Positions 1-10,444 are shown, counted from the stretch's first letter. The stretch: DNA of 64,000 nt from a bacterium (GCA_021781215.1 JAJXXC010000002.1:83371-147370), one strand, 5' to 3'. Notes: generated by a model not told the origin, from the letters alone. Numbers and translations: made by a program.

Positions 1-2467
1 ATTTTTCTTCAACCGCTATCATAGATAATTTCATTAGTTCAGCTGCCGTTCCCTGTATCGGCATATTAATAGCCGCTCGTTCAGCAGCTTTACGAATAAT
101 AAAATTGGGGCTATTAATGTCGGGCATTGGCCTTCTCCTACCAAATAGGTCTTCAACAAAACCATTTGTTTTTGCATCTTTCAACAGTTTTTCCATGTAA
201 CTAAGGAGTGGTTTCCTGAGTTCATAGTAACGTTCAATGAATTTCTTTGACTGCTCCTGAGTCATATTAGTTGCAACGCTAAGACCGTGAGGACTCATTC
301 CGTATAGGATTCCGAAATTGATAGTTTTAGCGAATCGTCTCATCTCTTTAGTAACTAACTCAGGTTTTTGTCCACTCATCTGAGCCGCAGTTACTGTATG
401 AACATCTAATCCGGCATTAAATTGACTAATCAATTCATCGTCTTTAGATAGATAGGCTGCCAGTCTAAGCTCAAACTGAGAATAGTCGGCGGCTATAAAG
501 CTATATCCTTTTCTTGATACAAATGCTGATCTAATCTCGCGACCAATTTCGGTTTTTATTGGTATGTTCTGTAGATTTGGATCAGTAGAACTTAGTCTGC
601 CAGTTTGAGCAACAGTTAAATTAAAACTAGTATGAATTCTAGAGTTTGAGTCTGCTAGTCTGGGTAGCGCCTCTATGTATGTATTTAACAATTTTGAATA
701 TTCTCGATATTCAGTTATTAGGTCTATTATCGGGTGTACACCCCTTAACTTATCCAGCTCCTTAGCACCAGTCGAAAGATTATTTTTACCTTTCTTTACC
801 CCTGCTGTAGATAGATTTAATTCTTTATATAAAATCTCGGCTAGCTGTATGGGTGAGTTTATATTAAATTCATGACCGGCATATTCAAAAATTGATTTCT
901 GAATAGAGCCTATTTTCTCTTTGAAGTCAGTTGCCATTTTAGCAAGCAAATCAGTATCCAGCCCAATGCCCTCAAATTCCATCCTAGCCAAAATCGGAAT
1001 TATTTTCCACTCAACATCACTAGCTAGGCTACTAATTTTAGGATAACTAAGTAGCTCAGTCTTTTGAATTTTTGTGACTTCGCGTATTACTGCCACAATA
1101 TCGGGAGATTTTTGAATAAATTCATCATCATCTAAATCGTCGAGTGAAACCGAGGAATAGCCCAGACTATCTTCAGCCAGTTCGGTTATGGTAAGGGCCC
1201 TATTCAATGAATTAATTAGAAAGGCTCCAATAAGAATGTCATGATTAATATTGCCTATATTCACTCCTAAACTAAAACAGGTTTGAATAGTATTTTTCAG
1301 ATCATACCCGATAATTTCAGGTTTGCTTGAAAACAAATTAGTTAGTATATTACTTAGTAATTTTTTATCTAGCTTAACAATGTCCAGAAGAAAGTTTGTT
1401 TCACTATCAGGACTAATATTTAAGTAAAGCGGTACATTTCCATGTTTGCCTCTCGCCCTAGAATATATGACTAATTCATTAGTTTTAGGAAATTTTAATT
1501 GAGTTAATTTTTCATCAGTATCAATCACAAAATTTTTAGGGACTCTTAAGTCGTAGTTAGAGCTAGAAATCATAGTTGAATCTATCTTAAAAATTTCCGG
1601 TAACTTACTAACTAGAGATTTAAATTCTAATTCACTTAAAATTTTCTTTAATTCTTCGGGCTTAACTCTACTGCCATCAACTTCATTTATATCTAAAGAG
1701 ATCGGGGCATCTAACCATATCTGGGCTAATTTTCTACTCATATAAGCCGAATCCTTACCAGCTAATAATTTCTTACTCGTTGAGGCTTTTATTAAATCCA
1801 AATTATCATAAATATCGTCTAGCGTAGAATAATCACCTAGTAATTCTGTGGCTGTTTTACTGCCAATTCCCGGAACACCAGGTATATTATCCGAAGAATC
1901 CCCGGCTAGAGATTTATAGTCGACAAATTGTTCAACTTTAATATTATGTTTTTTCTCGAAACTATCTACATTATATTCTTCTATATTGCTCAAACCCTTC
2001 TTCAGTATGTAAGCTCTAGTGTGGGTATTTACTAGCTGTAAAACATCAAGGTCGGAAGTTACTAGATATGTTTCAATATTCTTTGCAGTTGCTTGATACG
2101 ATAGCGTTCCCATAATATCGTCTGCCTCATAATCATCAAGCTCATATAGTGGCCAACCAAATGCATCCAATAACTTATGCAGTATAGGTATTTGTAGATA
2201 AAAGTCGTCAGGAGCTGGTTTACGTCCAGCTTTATATTCCGGATATATCTCTAACCTTTTTCTTATATTGGTTTTTGGTTTATCCCAGGCTACACAAACA
2301 TAATCTGGCTTTAATTTTCTTAATACTTCTAGAGCCATTACTGCAAAACCATAAATTCCACCCGTTGGTACGCCATCTTTGGTTTTAAGCTCTGGCATGG
2401 CATAATAGCCACGGTAAAATATACTTTTACCATCAATTATTACAAATCTCTTTAATTTATCAGCCAT
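1..2467 (-). CDS. polA: DNA polymerase I (5'-3' exonuclease + polymerase domains); C-terminal end runs off the window start
   Basis: Own translation of the minus strand from ATG at 2467 gives MADKLKRFVIIDGKSIFYRGYYAMPELKTKDGVPTGGIYGF (5'-3' exo/FEN N-terminus). Near position 1 the same frame reads AERAAINMPIQGTAAELMK (family A polymerase motif). It is missing from the ORF track because no stop lies inside the window. Confidence 0.93.
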   Translation of the reverse strand, partial: MADKLKRFVIIDGKSIFYRGYYAMPELKTKDGVPTGGIYGFAVMALEVLRKLKPDYVCVAWDKPKTNIRKRLEIYPEYKAGRKPAPDDFYLQIPILHKLLDAFGWPLYELDDYEADDIMGTLSYQATAKNIETYLVTSDLDVLQLVNTHTRAYILKKGLSNIEEYNVDSFEKKHNIKVEQFVDYKSLAGDSSDNIPGVPGIGSKTATELLGDYSTLDDIYDNLDLIKASTSKKLLAGKDSAYMSRKLAQIWLDAPISLDINEVDGSRVKPEELKKILSELEFKSLVSKLPEIFKIDSTMISSSNYDLRVPKNFVIDTDEKLTQLKFPKTNELVIYSRARGKHGNVPLYLNISPDSETNFLLDIVKLDKKLLSNILTNLFSSKPEIIGYDLKNTIQTCFSLGVNIGNINHDILIGAFLINSLNRALTITELAEDSLGYSSVSLDDLDDDEFIQKSPDIVAVIREVTKIQKTELLSYPKISSLASDVEWKIIPILARMEFEGIGLDTDLLAKMATDFKEKIGSIQKSIFEYAGHEFNINSPIQLAEILYKELNLSTAGVKKGKNNLSTGAKELDKLRGVHPIIDLITEYREYSKLLNTYIEALPRLADSNSRIHTSFNLTVAQTGRLSSTDPNLQNIPIKTEIGREIRSAFVSRKGYSFIAADYSQFELRLAAYLSKDDELISQFNAGLDVHTVTAAQMSGQKPELVTKEMRRFAKTINFGILYGMSPHGLSVATNMTQEQSKKFIERYYELRKPLLSYMEKLLKDAKTNGFVEDLFGRRRPMPDINSPNFIIRKAAERAAINMPIQGTAAELMKLSMIAVEEK

Positions 2468-2548
2468 CTAGAATTAATTATATCTAAAACAATCAGATAG
2501 TAGTAATTTGAATTTAAATTCAAAAGAAGTTAATTGATCTAGAAAATA

Positions 2549-3673
2549 CTATTTGATATATTCGTAGAGTTTTTTAGCGTCTTTGTGTTTTCTTAATTTT
2601 GCTAATGCCTTAGCTTCAATTTGCCTAATTCTCTCTCTGGTTACACTGAATTCCTGGCCGACCTCTTCGAGCGTATAGTTCTTTCCGTCTTCTAGGCCAA
2701 ATCTTAATTTAATGATTTTTTGCTCTCGCTCAGTTAATCCATTGAGCATTCCGCTAACATGTTCTTTTAATAATTGATTAGTTGCCGATTCTTCGGGGCT
2801 AATCGTGTCTTCATCTTCGATAAAATCACCCAAGACTGAATCCTCTTCGTCTTCATGAACACTCGCGTCCAAACTAGAAATGTCCTGTTTGATTTTCATT
2901 ATGTGTTCGACTTTATCTACATCAATTTCCATCGCTTCAGCTATTTCTTCATTGCTAGGCTCACGATTTAATTCCTGGGTTAACCTTCTTTGAGTTCTCA
3001 AAAGTTTATTAATTGTTTCAACCATGTGTACTGGTATTCTGATAGTCCTAGCCTGGTCAGCTATAGCTCGAGTTATAGCCTGTCTAATCCACCAGGTGGC
3101 ATATGTTGAGAATTTAAATCCCTTGTCTGGATCAAATTTCTCAACTGCTCTAAGTAACCCCGTATTACCTTCTTGAATTAAGTCCAGTAGATCAAGCCCC
3201 CTACCAACATATCTTTTAGCGATACTAACTACTAGCCGCATGTTGGCCTCAGCCATTTTATCCTTTGCAACTTTATCTCCGGCCACCACCCTATTAGCTA
3301 ACGCTAGTTCTTCCTCGGAAGAAAGCAAAGGAATTTTACCAATTTCTCTGAGGTATAGGCGTACTGAATCATCAGAAATATCATCAAAGAAATTTGCAGC
3401 CTCGAGGTTCACTTCTTCTTCAGTACTCTCCCACTCAGCTGGAAAATCTGTAGCCATCGGCTGGGTTAATCCAGTAATCACAACTCCAGAGTCAGAAAGT
3501 TCAGTGTAAACTGCGTCTAGCTGTTCAACGTTTTCAGGAGTGTCGGGAATAACATCAAATATTTCTCGTTGATCAATACGATTTTCTTTTTTAGCTTTAG
3601 CTATCAAATCGTTCTTCAGTTGGTCAGGATCAATTTGAACACTATCGTCATTAACTATATTTTTTTTAACCAT
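2549..3673 (-). CDS. rpoD: RNA polymerase primary sigma factor (sigma-70 family)
   Basis: Region 2-4 signatures: [53 protein letters not shown] and the region 4 [27 protein letters not shown]. It lies directly downstream of dnaG, the conserved dnaG-rpoD order. Confidence 0.95.
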   Translation of the reverse strand: MVKKNIVNDDSVQIDPDQLKNDLIAKAKKENRIDQREIFDVIPDTPENVEQLDAVYTELSDSGVVITGLTQPMATDFPAEWESTEEEVNLEAANFFDDISDDSVRLYLREIGKIPLLSSEEELALANRVVAGDKVAKDKMAEANMRLVVSIAKRYVGRGLDLLDLIQEGNTGLLRAVEKFDPDKGFKFSTYATWWIRQAITRAIADQARTIRIPVHMVETINKLLRTQRRLTQELNREPSNEEIAEAMEIDVDKVEHIMKIKQDISSLDASVHEDEEDSVLGDFIEDEDTISPEESATNQLLKEHVSGMLNGLTEREQKIIKLRFGLEDGKNYTLEEVGQEFSVTRERIRQIEAKALAKLRKHKDAKKLYEYIK

Positions 3674-3677
3674 TTAT

Positions 3678-5432
3678 TCAACTCCCAATTATCTTTAATA
3701 ATTCATCTAACTTTTTAGCTTTTTTCAATAAATTTTGAGTCGCTTCTTCATCCGAATATTGCATATCTAGGGAAAGTAAATCTTTTTGTTTTTTAACGAA
3801 TTTTACTATTAGACGATCTCTTAAGCGTTTAGATTCGTAAACTAATTCTATATCGCTTAGATCTTGATATAACGTCTCGTATTGTAACATCAACATTTTA
3901 ACATAATCTGCAATATTATTCAATTCACGTCGGCTATTTTTAGTAAACTTATAGTCAGGATTCGCTTTCAAAAATGTTATTAATATTCGCTGATCCTCAG
4001 AGCCAAACATGTTTTTTTTAACTATTTCTAGATTTTTTCTAGATCCTGGGTTATATAAACAAATTGCTATGAATTGATCTTGAGTTTTTCTTTGATCAAT
4101 TTCGTCTTTATCAAGTACAGGTTTATCGATTTTAGGAGTTTTTAGTTTTGCAGTTTTTTCTGGAGCAAAACTACTTGATTTAGATATAAGAGCCGACTTA
4201 TCAACGTTTAATATCTTAGACAATTTACCATAGTAATGATCTTGCTCAACGCTATCGGATAATTTATTTATTACTGGTAGTAAAATATCTGAAAATTTTC
4301 GTTTATCTTTAGCCTGATTTAGGTCTAAGACTTTTTGATAACTATCGATTAACCAATCCACGGCATAAATAGGCCTGTTTACATACCCTTCCCATAATTT
4401 TGGATTGATTTGAATTAGCTCATCTGGGTCTTTGGCATTATCAATAGCTATCACGCTCAAGTTAACTTTAGCCTTGCTGGCGATTGGAATAGCCCGCTCA
4501 GTCGCAGTTTGACCAGCACTATCTTGATCAAAGGCCAGGCGGACATCTGAAGATAGGTTACCAATGATTTTTAGATGCTGTTCGGTTATTGCCGTACCAG
4601 CCGTTGCGACTACCTGTTTAACGCCTACTTGATATGAAGATATTACATCCAAATTTCCCTCTACTATTACGCAATAACCAGAAGTTCGAATTGAATCCTT
4701 GGCTAAATGGAGTCCGTAAACATGTCGACTTTTATCATATAAAATTGTTTGTGGCGTATTTATGTACTTCGGGGAATTACTATCACTGACTAATTGTCTA
4801 GCCGTAAAGCCAATCACCCTACCTTGTCCATCTGCTAGTGGTATCATTAGCCTGCCCCTAAACATATCAATCGGGTTTCGATAACCTCTGGTTGCAAGCC
4901 CTGACTCCTGCAAATCTTTTATATTGAAGCCTTGTTTTAATAGAAATTTAATCAATGCATCTCCGTTATTCGGAGAATAGCCTAACCTAAAGTCCAATAC
5001 AGTTTCTTTATCAAAGTGTCTATTTTTAAATACGTAATCTAAGGCTTCTCTGCTATTGCGCAATTGAACTTGATAAAATTTTGTAGCTAATTCCAACACG
5101 TTATAGGCTATTTGTTTATTTTTAATAAGTGCGCCCGATTTGCCGTTAGAATATTTACTCAAATCAATACCGGCCTTATTAGCTAAAATGCTAAGAGCTT
5201 CTTTAAAGTCGACGCCTTCAATATCCATAATAAAAGAAAAAACATTACCACCCTTTCCGGAAGAAAAATCATGCCATATCTGTTTTTCTGGGCTAACCAT
5301 CAAACTTGGTGATTTTTCGGTAGTGAATGGACTTAATCCTTTAAAATTACGACCGGCACGCTTAAGCTGGATATATTCTCCGACTATATCCTCAATACTA
5401 ATCCTCGATTTAATATCTTCTACAACATCCAT
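3678..5432 (-). CDS. dnaG: DNA primase DnaG (zinc-ribbon ligands substituted, see findings)
   Basis: The N-terminal primase ZBD scaffold FKGLSPFTTEKSPSLMVSPEKQIWHDFSSGKGGNVFSF is present. The RNA polymerase core and TOPRIM motif CVIVEGNLDVISS are present. The 4-nt spacing to rpoD fits an operon. Confidence 0.9.
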   Translation of the reverse strand: MDVVEDIKSRISIEDIVGEYIQLKRAGRNFKGLSPFTTEKSPSLMVSPEKQIWHDFSSGKGGNVFSFIMDIEGVDFKEALSILANKAGIDLSKYSNGKSGALIKNKQIAYNVLELATKFYQVQLRNSREALDYVFKNRHFDKETVLDFRLGYSPNNGDALIKFLLKQGFNIKDLQESGLATRGYRNPIDMFRGRLMIPLADGQGRVIGFTARQLVSDSNSPKYINTPQTILYDKSRHVYGLHLAKDSIRTSGYCVIVEGNLDVISSYQVGVKQVVATAGTAITEQHLKIIGNLSSDVRLAFDQDSAGQTATERAIPIASKAKVNLSVIAIDNAKDPDELIQINPKLWEGYVNRPIYAVDWLIDSYQKVLDLNQAKDKRKFSDILLPVINKLSDSVEQDHYYGKLSKILNVDKSALISKSSSFAPEKTAKLKTPKIDKPVLDKDEIDQRKTQDQFIAICLYNPGSRKNLEIVKKNMFGSEDQRILITFLKANPDYKFTKNSRRELNNIADYVKMLMLQYETLYQDLSDIELVYESKRLRDRLIVKFVKKQKDLLSLDMQYSDEEATQNLLKKAKKLDELLKIIGS

Positions 5433-5509
5433 CTATAGTTGCTATTTTACGCTAAGAAGAGAAATCCTACTATCAAATCAATCTATTTCTAAATTCTCAA
5501 ATTTTATTA

Positions 5510-6292
5510 TCAAATAGAACTATTCTTACCAAATGTATTTTTCAAAGCTTTGACCATTGAAGATTGTGCGGACTGGAAATTATCATCAGCTGATTTAAAC
5601 ACTGCGTTCCTTTGAGTAATTAACTGATTAATTCTGTTAGTAAAGGACTTGTCACCTATCAAAGCATTTCTAAATGTGGTCTGAGCTGTATTCATCGAGG
5701 ACTGAAAAATAGAATGAATCCTTGGTCCGTCCGTAGGATTGCTAGTGCAACTTGTTCTCGCTGTATTGATGGCATCATTGACTGCGGTCTGGAATGCAGA
5801 TGATTGCCCATCAATAGTTATTTGCCTAAGGTCTAGAGTTGATTTAACAGATGCCCTAAATGTGGCCGTGGCCTCATCATGGATTGATCTACGCATAGCT
5901 ATTAATTCATTTATGTTAGTCTCATAAATATTTACGGCCTGTTTTTCAATATTAGTAGTTGCCTTCACTCCAAGCTTAGTGAAATCGTCGTTTATATTCT
6001 TATCTGTTTGTTTTCTAGAATTAGCTATATTTTGATCAGTCTGTTGCCATTGAGTTGCCAATAACTGAGTTTGCAAAGTTTGCGCCTGCAATACCTTACT
6101 GAATGAATCGTTAAAAGCTGAAATAACCGGGTTAACTTCTCTGTTAAAACTAGAACAAAATGGACTCGGTTTAGAGCCAGTGGCATAGCTTGTTACCAAA
6201 GGCACAGCCAGTAAGGAGCCAACCAAAAAAATAACCAATAATCTTAGCCTAAAGACTTCTTTATAGTTTCGATGCATTGTAAGCTCCGGCAA
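5510..6292 (-). CDS. hypothetical secreted/anchored protein, Q/T/N-rich helical
   Basis: The long ORF has a hydrophobic N-terminal segment, LRLLVIFLVGSLLAVPLVTSYA. I recognise no family. The start could be Met6 (6277). Confidence 0.6.
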   Translation of the reverse strand: MPELTMHRNYKEVFRLRLLVIFLVGSLLAVPLVTSYATGSKPSPFCSSFNREVNPVISAFNDSFSKVLQAQTLQTQLLATQWQQTDQNIANSRKQTDKNINDDFTKLGVKATTNIEKQAVNIYETNINELIAMRRSIHDEATATFRASVKSTLDLRQITIDGQSSAFQTAVNDAINTARTSCTSNPTDGPRIHSIFQSSMNTAQTTFRNALIGDKSFTNRINQLITQRNAVFKSADDNFQSAQSSMVKALKNTFGKNSSI

Positions 6293-6590
6293 GATTATTT
6301 AACGCTTTATTCACTGTAGTAATACTTTGCTGTATTTGGGAGTCGGATGAATTATCAATAGATTCCTCTAATTGAACATCTCTCTGGGTTAATTGAGTTA
6401 CACTCTTTGTTGAGCCATCAATTACTATCGGTTGAGATAAGGACACGTTAGTATTGGTAGCTGGCGATTTATGCCTATCCATAACCCCTACAATGCTTAG
6501 TCCTATAACTACAATCACGCCGATGATAGCCAAGCTAGACCTTATAAATGTCGGATCAGAATAATGACTCAAAATAGTTTTGTAACTCAA
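6261..6590 (-). CDS. hypothetical single-pass membrane protein
   Basis: This 109-aa ORF has one TM segment (SLAIIGVIVVIGLSIVGVM). It overlaps the downstream gene by about 17-32 nt, which suggests coupling. Confidence 0.5.
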   Translation of the reverse strand: MSYKTILSHYSDPTFIRSSLAIIGVIVVIGLSIVGVMDRHKSPATNTNVSLSQPIVIDGSTKSVTQLTQRDVQLEESIDNSSDSQIQQSITTVNKALNNLAGAYNASKL

Positions 6591-6740
6591 GAATAAACCT
6601 ATTAATTACTGCTTACGTTTAACAATCTAATTATACCCAATATTTCCAGACTATCAACAAGCTCAAGGCTATCTGCAAAGTTGATCTTATATTGAAAAGC
6701 CTATGTCGATGACTCAAAAGACATAATTCATCAAGAAAAT

Positions 6741-7073
6741 CTAAGCTATTTCTTTAGCAATATTATACGAAAGTGTAATTAAATCTTTGATTTCATCTAT
6801 TGGTACCTGTCCTGAATTAACTATACTAATCCATTTATCTTGATCTAGTTTTTGGCCTGGCATTACTGATTCATATTTTTCTTGAAGAAACTTGGACAAT
6901 ATTTTGTCACACCTTAAGCTAATGATAATTGGGTTTTTATTATTTATAAGAGCGAACATTTGCTCATTTACAGTGTACAGATCAATATTCTTCTCAAAAG
7001 GATGGCTTTTCTTCACACCCTTATGGCTGGCGAGATATTCAATAATTATATTCTTTGAACTAGGATCAATCAT
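6741..7073 (-). CDS. MmcQ/YjbR-family protein (tentative)
   Basis: Size and pattern (YLASHKGVKKSHPFEKNIDLYTVNEQMFALI...ISLRCD) resemble the YjbR family. The track start at 7166 would overlap orn by 86 nt. The internal ATG at 7073 begins 8 nt after the orn stop, so I use it. Confidence 0.5.
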   Translation of the reverse strand: MIDPSSKNIIIEYLASHKGVKKSHPFEKNIDLYTVNEQMFALINNKNPIIISLRCDKILSKFLQEKYESVMPGQKLDQDKWISIVNSGQVPIDEIKDLITLSYNIAKEIA

Positions 7074-7080
7074 AAAATCG

Positions 7081-7668
7081 TCATTCTTCTTCGGCCAAGA
7101 CCACATCATGGCCGTCGAACCATTTAAGGTAACATTCAAGCTCAGCAATAGAGGCTTTAATATCATCTAAAGCTCTGTGATTTGATTGTTTTTCAAACTC
7201 AACTCCAAATTTAGCGTTCATCACCAACTTCCACGAACTAACATCCAACATTCTATAATGTAACTTGGCATCAAATGCTGGCCAATACTGTTTTATAAAG
7301 CCTCGATCAGAGTGGATAGAGTTGCCAGCAAGTATCGCCGGTTGATTACCAAAATGTTGAGCTACAAATTTAATCAAGTCCGCCTCGACTTGCTCAGAGC
7401 TTTTGGCATCACTCGGAATATTTAAGAAATAGTCACGATTTTCCGGGAATTCATCATTGTACCAACTATTAGCCTCAAACAATTCTTTCAATTTGTTTTT
7501 ATCGTGTTTTAATCTTGCTTCGTAGCTAGCTATAATTTTAAAATCAAAATCGGTCACTATCGTCGCAATCTCAACTATTAGATCTTTTTTAAAATCCAAC
7601 CCGGTCATCTCAAGATCTATCCAAAGTAATCTTGTGGGCAAGTTAAGTTTATTAATTTTTGTCTTCAT
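7081..7668 (-). CDS. orn: oligoribonuclease (DEDDh 3'-5' exoribonuclease)
   Basis: LLWIDLEMTGLD (Exo I), a later GNSIHSDRGFI motif and a C-terminal HRALDDIKASIAELECY are typical of Orn. Confidence 0.85.
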   Translation of the reverse strand: MKTKINKLNLPTRLLWIDLEMTGLDFKKDLIVEIATIVTDFDFKIIASYEARLKHDKNKLKELFEANSWYNDEFPENRDYFLNIPSDAKSSEQVEADLIKFVAQHFGNQPAILAGNSIHSDRGFIKQYWPAFDAKLHYRMLDVSSWKLVMNAKFGVEFEKQSNHRALDDIKASIAELECYLKWFDGHDVVLAEEE

Positions 7669-7670
7669 TT

Positions 7671-8066
7671 TTATTCTTTTTTCTTATCAAGCTTATCAAG
7701 CTGTAATAGTTTAATTATCAGATATATAGTAAAGGCTGCTGCTAAAAATTCAATAATGCTACTTATTACCCTCCCATAAGCCAATCCTGACGTACATTGT
7801 CCGCGACTAGATTTAATACAAATCTGAGCGTCATTAAAATTAATATTTCCAGTTAATAGTCCTACTAATGGATTAACGATATTAGCTACTACTGAGTCCA
7901 CAACACTCTTTAAACTAGTACCCAAAAATATACCAATAGCTAGAGCTATCACCCCGTGGGATCTAATGAAATCAACAAAACCCTGAAATGGTTTGGCTTT
8001 TTTAAGCTTCTTAACTATACGTTTGTTTACGTTTTTAGATTTTTTAATTGGCTGACGGTTATCCAT
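7671..8066 (-). CDS. mscL: large-conductance mechanosensitive channel
   Basis: FVDFIRSHGVIALAIGIFLGTSLKSVVDSVVANIVNPLVGLL is the MscL TM1 signature. The track start at 8081 is a TTG. The ATG at 8066 is preceded by AAAGGGGA (SD). Confidence 0.85.
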   Translation of the reverse strand: MDNRQPIKKSKNVNKRIVKKLKKAKPFQGFVDFIRSHGVIALAIGIFLGTSLKSVVDSVVANIVNPLVGLLTGNINFNDAQICIKSSRGQCTSGLAYGRVISSIIEFLAAAFTIYLIIKLLQLDKLDKKKE

Positions 8067-8085
8067 GTATTCCCCTTTCAATAAT

Positions 8086-9741
8086 TTACATATAATCTGG
8101 TGCCGGAATATGTAATAAGTCTAAACCAGTTTTTAATATTCTTACATAGCGATTGACTATTCTGACCCTAAGGTCTTGCCTGGGGTCACCGATAACTCTA
8201 TTCCGCTCATAAAAACTGTTGAATTCCTGGGCTAATTGATAAAGAAAAGTACAGATATGATGGGGCATATATTCATTAATAGATTGTTCAACGACTTCAG
8301 TGAATTGGCTCATTAAGGAAACCAAATTTCTTTCATCAACATCCAAAATATAATCATGGTCGAGAGATACTGAGTCCAAATTAGATAATTTTGCTAAAAT
8401 ATTTTTGGCTCTAGCATGAGCATACTGAATATATGGACCAGAATTACCTTCAATGGTAACCGATTCCTTGGGATTAAAAACAATGTTAGCGCCAATTCTT
8501 TGCTTAATAAAAGTGTAGCGAAGTGCGGCCATAAATATATCTTTTTTTACATTTGAGTCTGGATACTGCTCTTCAATTGCCTGTTTTATGCTATTTATTA
8601 ACTCAGCTCCAGTATAAACATCACCTGTCCTACTGCTCATTTTACCAGTAGTTAGGGTTAGGAAACCGTGGCTGATATGAATGGTTCGCCGTGCTAACTC
8701 TGGATCTATTTTTGCCAAAGCAGCAAATACTACCTTGAAATTATCATCTTGTTCATTAGCAGTAATAATTATTGATTTATCAGCTTCCGGAAAATCTTTC
8801 GATTTTAATTGAGTTAGTCCCAGATCCTTGGCTTGATAGGTAGGCAGCCCTTGTGAAGTAATGAAAACTGCTGTATATAGACCATCTTGTTCGCCTCTAT
8901 AAATAATAGCTCCTTGGCTTTTTTCAAATACTTTTCCTATATTTTGCTCCACCAGATTTTTACCTATAACTGCTGACTGACTCTCGACATAACGTTTATC
9001 AAAACTTACGCCAATCTCGTTAAATATCTTATCAAACTGATCAAAGCTCATTTTCTTGCCGAAATCATAAATATAATTAATCTGCTCGTCATTTTTGGTA
9101 TAGACGCTATTATTGATTAACTTAATCCGTTCACTGGCTGCAGGGTTATTCTGATATGCTCTCTCGCCTTCAGCATAAAAATAACCTATCGATTTTTCTT
9201 TAGTGACGGTGTCCAGTAGTGAAATGTCCCAATTTATATGTTCTCCAATACCATATATACCCTTGGCGATGTTTAAACCAACGTCACCCTGATAAATCAA
9301 GCTCTTAACATCGGCTCCGCTGGATTTTAGTAACGAGCTAATGACATCACCGACGATAGAACTATATACGTGACCTAGGTGCATTTCTTTAAACGCATTG
9401 GGGTCACCATATTCAACTAAAACCTGTTTGCCTGCATGAACTTTTGGCCAGGTTAATTCCTGGTTCAATATCGATAATATATCAGCATTTTTTAGAGTTA
9501 TATTGATAAATCCAGGGGCAACAAGCTCAACCTTGCTAAACTTATTCAAATTATTTAATTCTTTAACTAAATCTTTTGCAATATCCAGTGGAGACTTTTT
9601 AAGTCTTGGGGCAAGTTGCATGGCTACATTCGTCGAGAAATCACCGAACTGTTTTTCGGGTCGATCGATGTTTGCCTGAATATCTATGCCGAACTGTTTC
9701 TCGCAAAGCGCTTTAATAATATCAGTAATCTCAGATTTCAT
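8086..9741 (-). CDS. argS: arginine--tRNA ligase
   Basis: Class I HIGH variant MHLGHVYS, the KMSKS-like GKMSSRTG and the C-terminal DALR anticodon-binding pattern are present. The length is 551 aa. Confidence 0.9.
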   Translation of the reverse strand: MKSEITDIIKALCEKQFGIDIQANIDRPEKQFGDFSTNVAMQLAPRLKKSPLDIAKDLVKELNNLNKFSKVELVAPGFINITLKNADILSILNQELTWPKVHAGKQVLVEYGDPNAFKEMHLGHVYSSIVGDVISSLLKSSGADVKSLIYQGDVGLNIAKGIYGIGEHINWDISLLDTVTKEKSIGYFYAEGERAYQNNPAASERIKLINNSVYTKNDEQINYIYDFGKKMSFDQFDKIFNEIGVSFDKRYVESQSAVIGKNLVEQNIGKVFEKSQGAIIYRGEQDGLYTAVFITSQGLPTYQAKDLGLTQLKSKDFPEADKSIIITANEQDDNFKVVFAALAKIDPELARRTIHISHGFLTLTTGKMSSRTGDVYTGAELINSIKQAIEEQYPDSNVKKDIFMAALRYTFIKQRIGANIVFNPKESVTIEGNSGPYIQYAHARAKNILAKLSNLDSVSLDHDYILDVDERNLVSLMSQFTEVVEQSINEYMPHHICTFLYQLAQEFNSFYERNRVIGDPRQDLRVRIVNRYVRILKTGLDLLHIPAPDYM

Positions 9742-9769
9742 AATTTAGACCTATTATACAAAACCCTAA

Positions 9770-10444
9770 CTATTTATTTTTAAAGTATTTAATAAACTGC
9801 CAAATAACTAGATACATTGCACCAATAGTGAAGCTAAAAGCAAACATAATCGGCAAGAATGATGGATGGATTGATGGATGGATCAAAGTATCCGAGGTAT
9901 CAAAAAGAATTCCCGACGGATTAAGGACAATATCCCAACTATTCCACCGTAAATATCTACCTAGATAAATCGCAAAACTAACAACTATAATCAAAACAGC
10001 TATTATCATATGCGCATACTTGTAATACATTCTTTTTAGCACTTCAACGTGAAAAATATAGAGACTTGCAAATCCTGCAACTAAACCAATGAATATGGCT
10101 AGGTTTGTAAAGATGATGTTATATAAAACATCGATACTAATAATGTCCTGTACGTGGATTAAGTCAGTTATCATATAAAACGAATTGGGTAAAAAAACTA
10201 ATAGCAGAAAAGTGAGAATAAGATTTGAGGTTTTAAGCCAAGGTTGAGTTTTAAGTTTATTGGCAAGAATAATAGCAAAAAACGGAGATATAAAAGCCAA
10301 AAAAACATTATATGGCAAATAAAAATAATAGGTGGATTTTGAAGTGATGGCATTTATGGAAATCATCGCAAGACATATAACCAAAGCTATACAAAGCGAG
10401 ATGACAACAGGATAGTGCTTTCGCTCAATAAATCTTAATTTCAT
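9770..10444 (-). CDS. DUF1361-family polytopic membrane protein
   Basis: Six or more TM segments plus the motifs FLPNSFYMITDLIH and RWNSWD, which I associate with DUF1361. Confidence 0.7.
   Translation of the reverse strand: MKLRFIERKHYPVVISLCIALVICLAMISINAITSKSTYYFYLPYNVFLAFISPFFAIILANKLKTQPWLKTSNLILTFLLLVFLPNSFYMITDLIHVQDIISIDVLYNIIFTNLAIFIGLVAGFASLYIFHVEVLKRMYYKYAHMIIAVLIIVVSFAIYLGRYLRWNSWDIVLNPSGILFDTSDTLIHPSIHPSFLPIMFAFSFTIGAMYLVIWQFIKYFKNK

Noticed and set aside
675-875. Plus-strand 66-aa ORF near the window start.
   Set aside because: It lies antisense inside polA, whose minus-strand frame is continuous from 2467 to position 1.
2507-2524. Perfect 18-nt palindrome TTTGAATTTAAATTCAAA between rpoD and polA, considered as a terminator.
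   Set aside because: It is almost all A/T (a single G-C pair per arm), has no loop unless the stem is shortened to 7 weak pairs, and has no U-tract. It is too weak to call and may be chance in AT-rich DNA.
3240-3509. Antisense track ORFs inside well-supported genes. The set is 3240..3509, 5140..5517, 5739..5927, 6892..7170, 14235..14501, 15987..16217, 16230..16796, 21634..21900, 22609..22821, 23203..23448 and 26308..26493. It continues with 27116..27301, 29051..29314, 30530..30745, 32164..32439, 33028..33252, 36266..36541, 37797..38147, 38219..38629, 39187..39405 and 39618..39836. It ends with 40263..40460, 42030..42224, 43714..43932, 44261..44455, 48342..48671, 48741..48995, 50704..50943, 53667..54261, 54474..54659, 57897..58799, 59747..60164 and 61962..62171.
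   Set aside because: Each lies within, and mostly antisense to, a gene with clear family motifs or a better coding pattern. Their translations are low-complexity S/P/L/I-rich strings typical of non-coding frames. None has its own start context.
7074-7166. N-terminal extension of the YjbR-like ORF (track start 7166).
   Set aside because: It would overlap the orn coding region by 86 nt. The internal ATG at 7073 gives a family-typical length and begins just after the orn stop.
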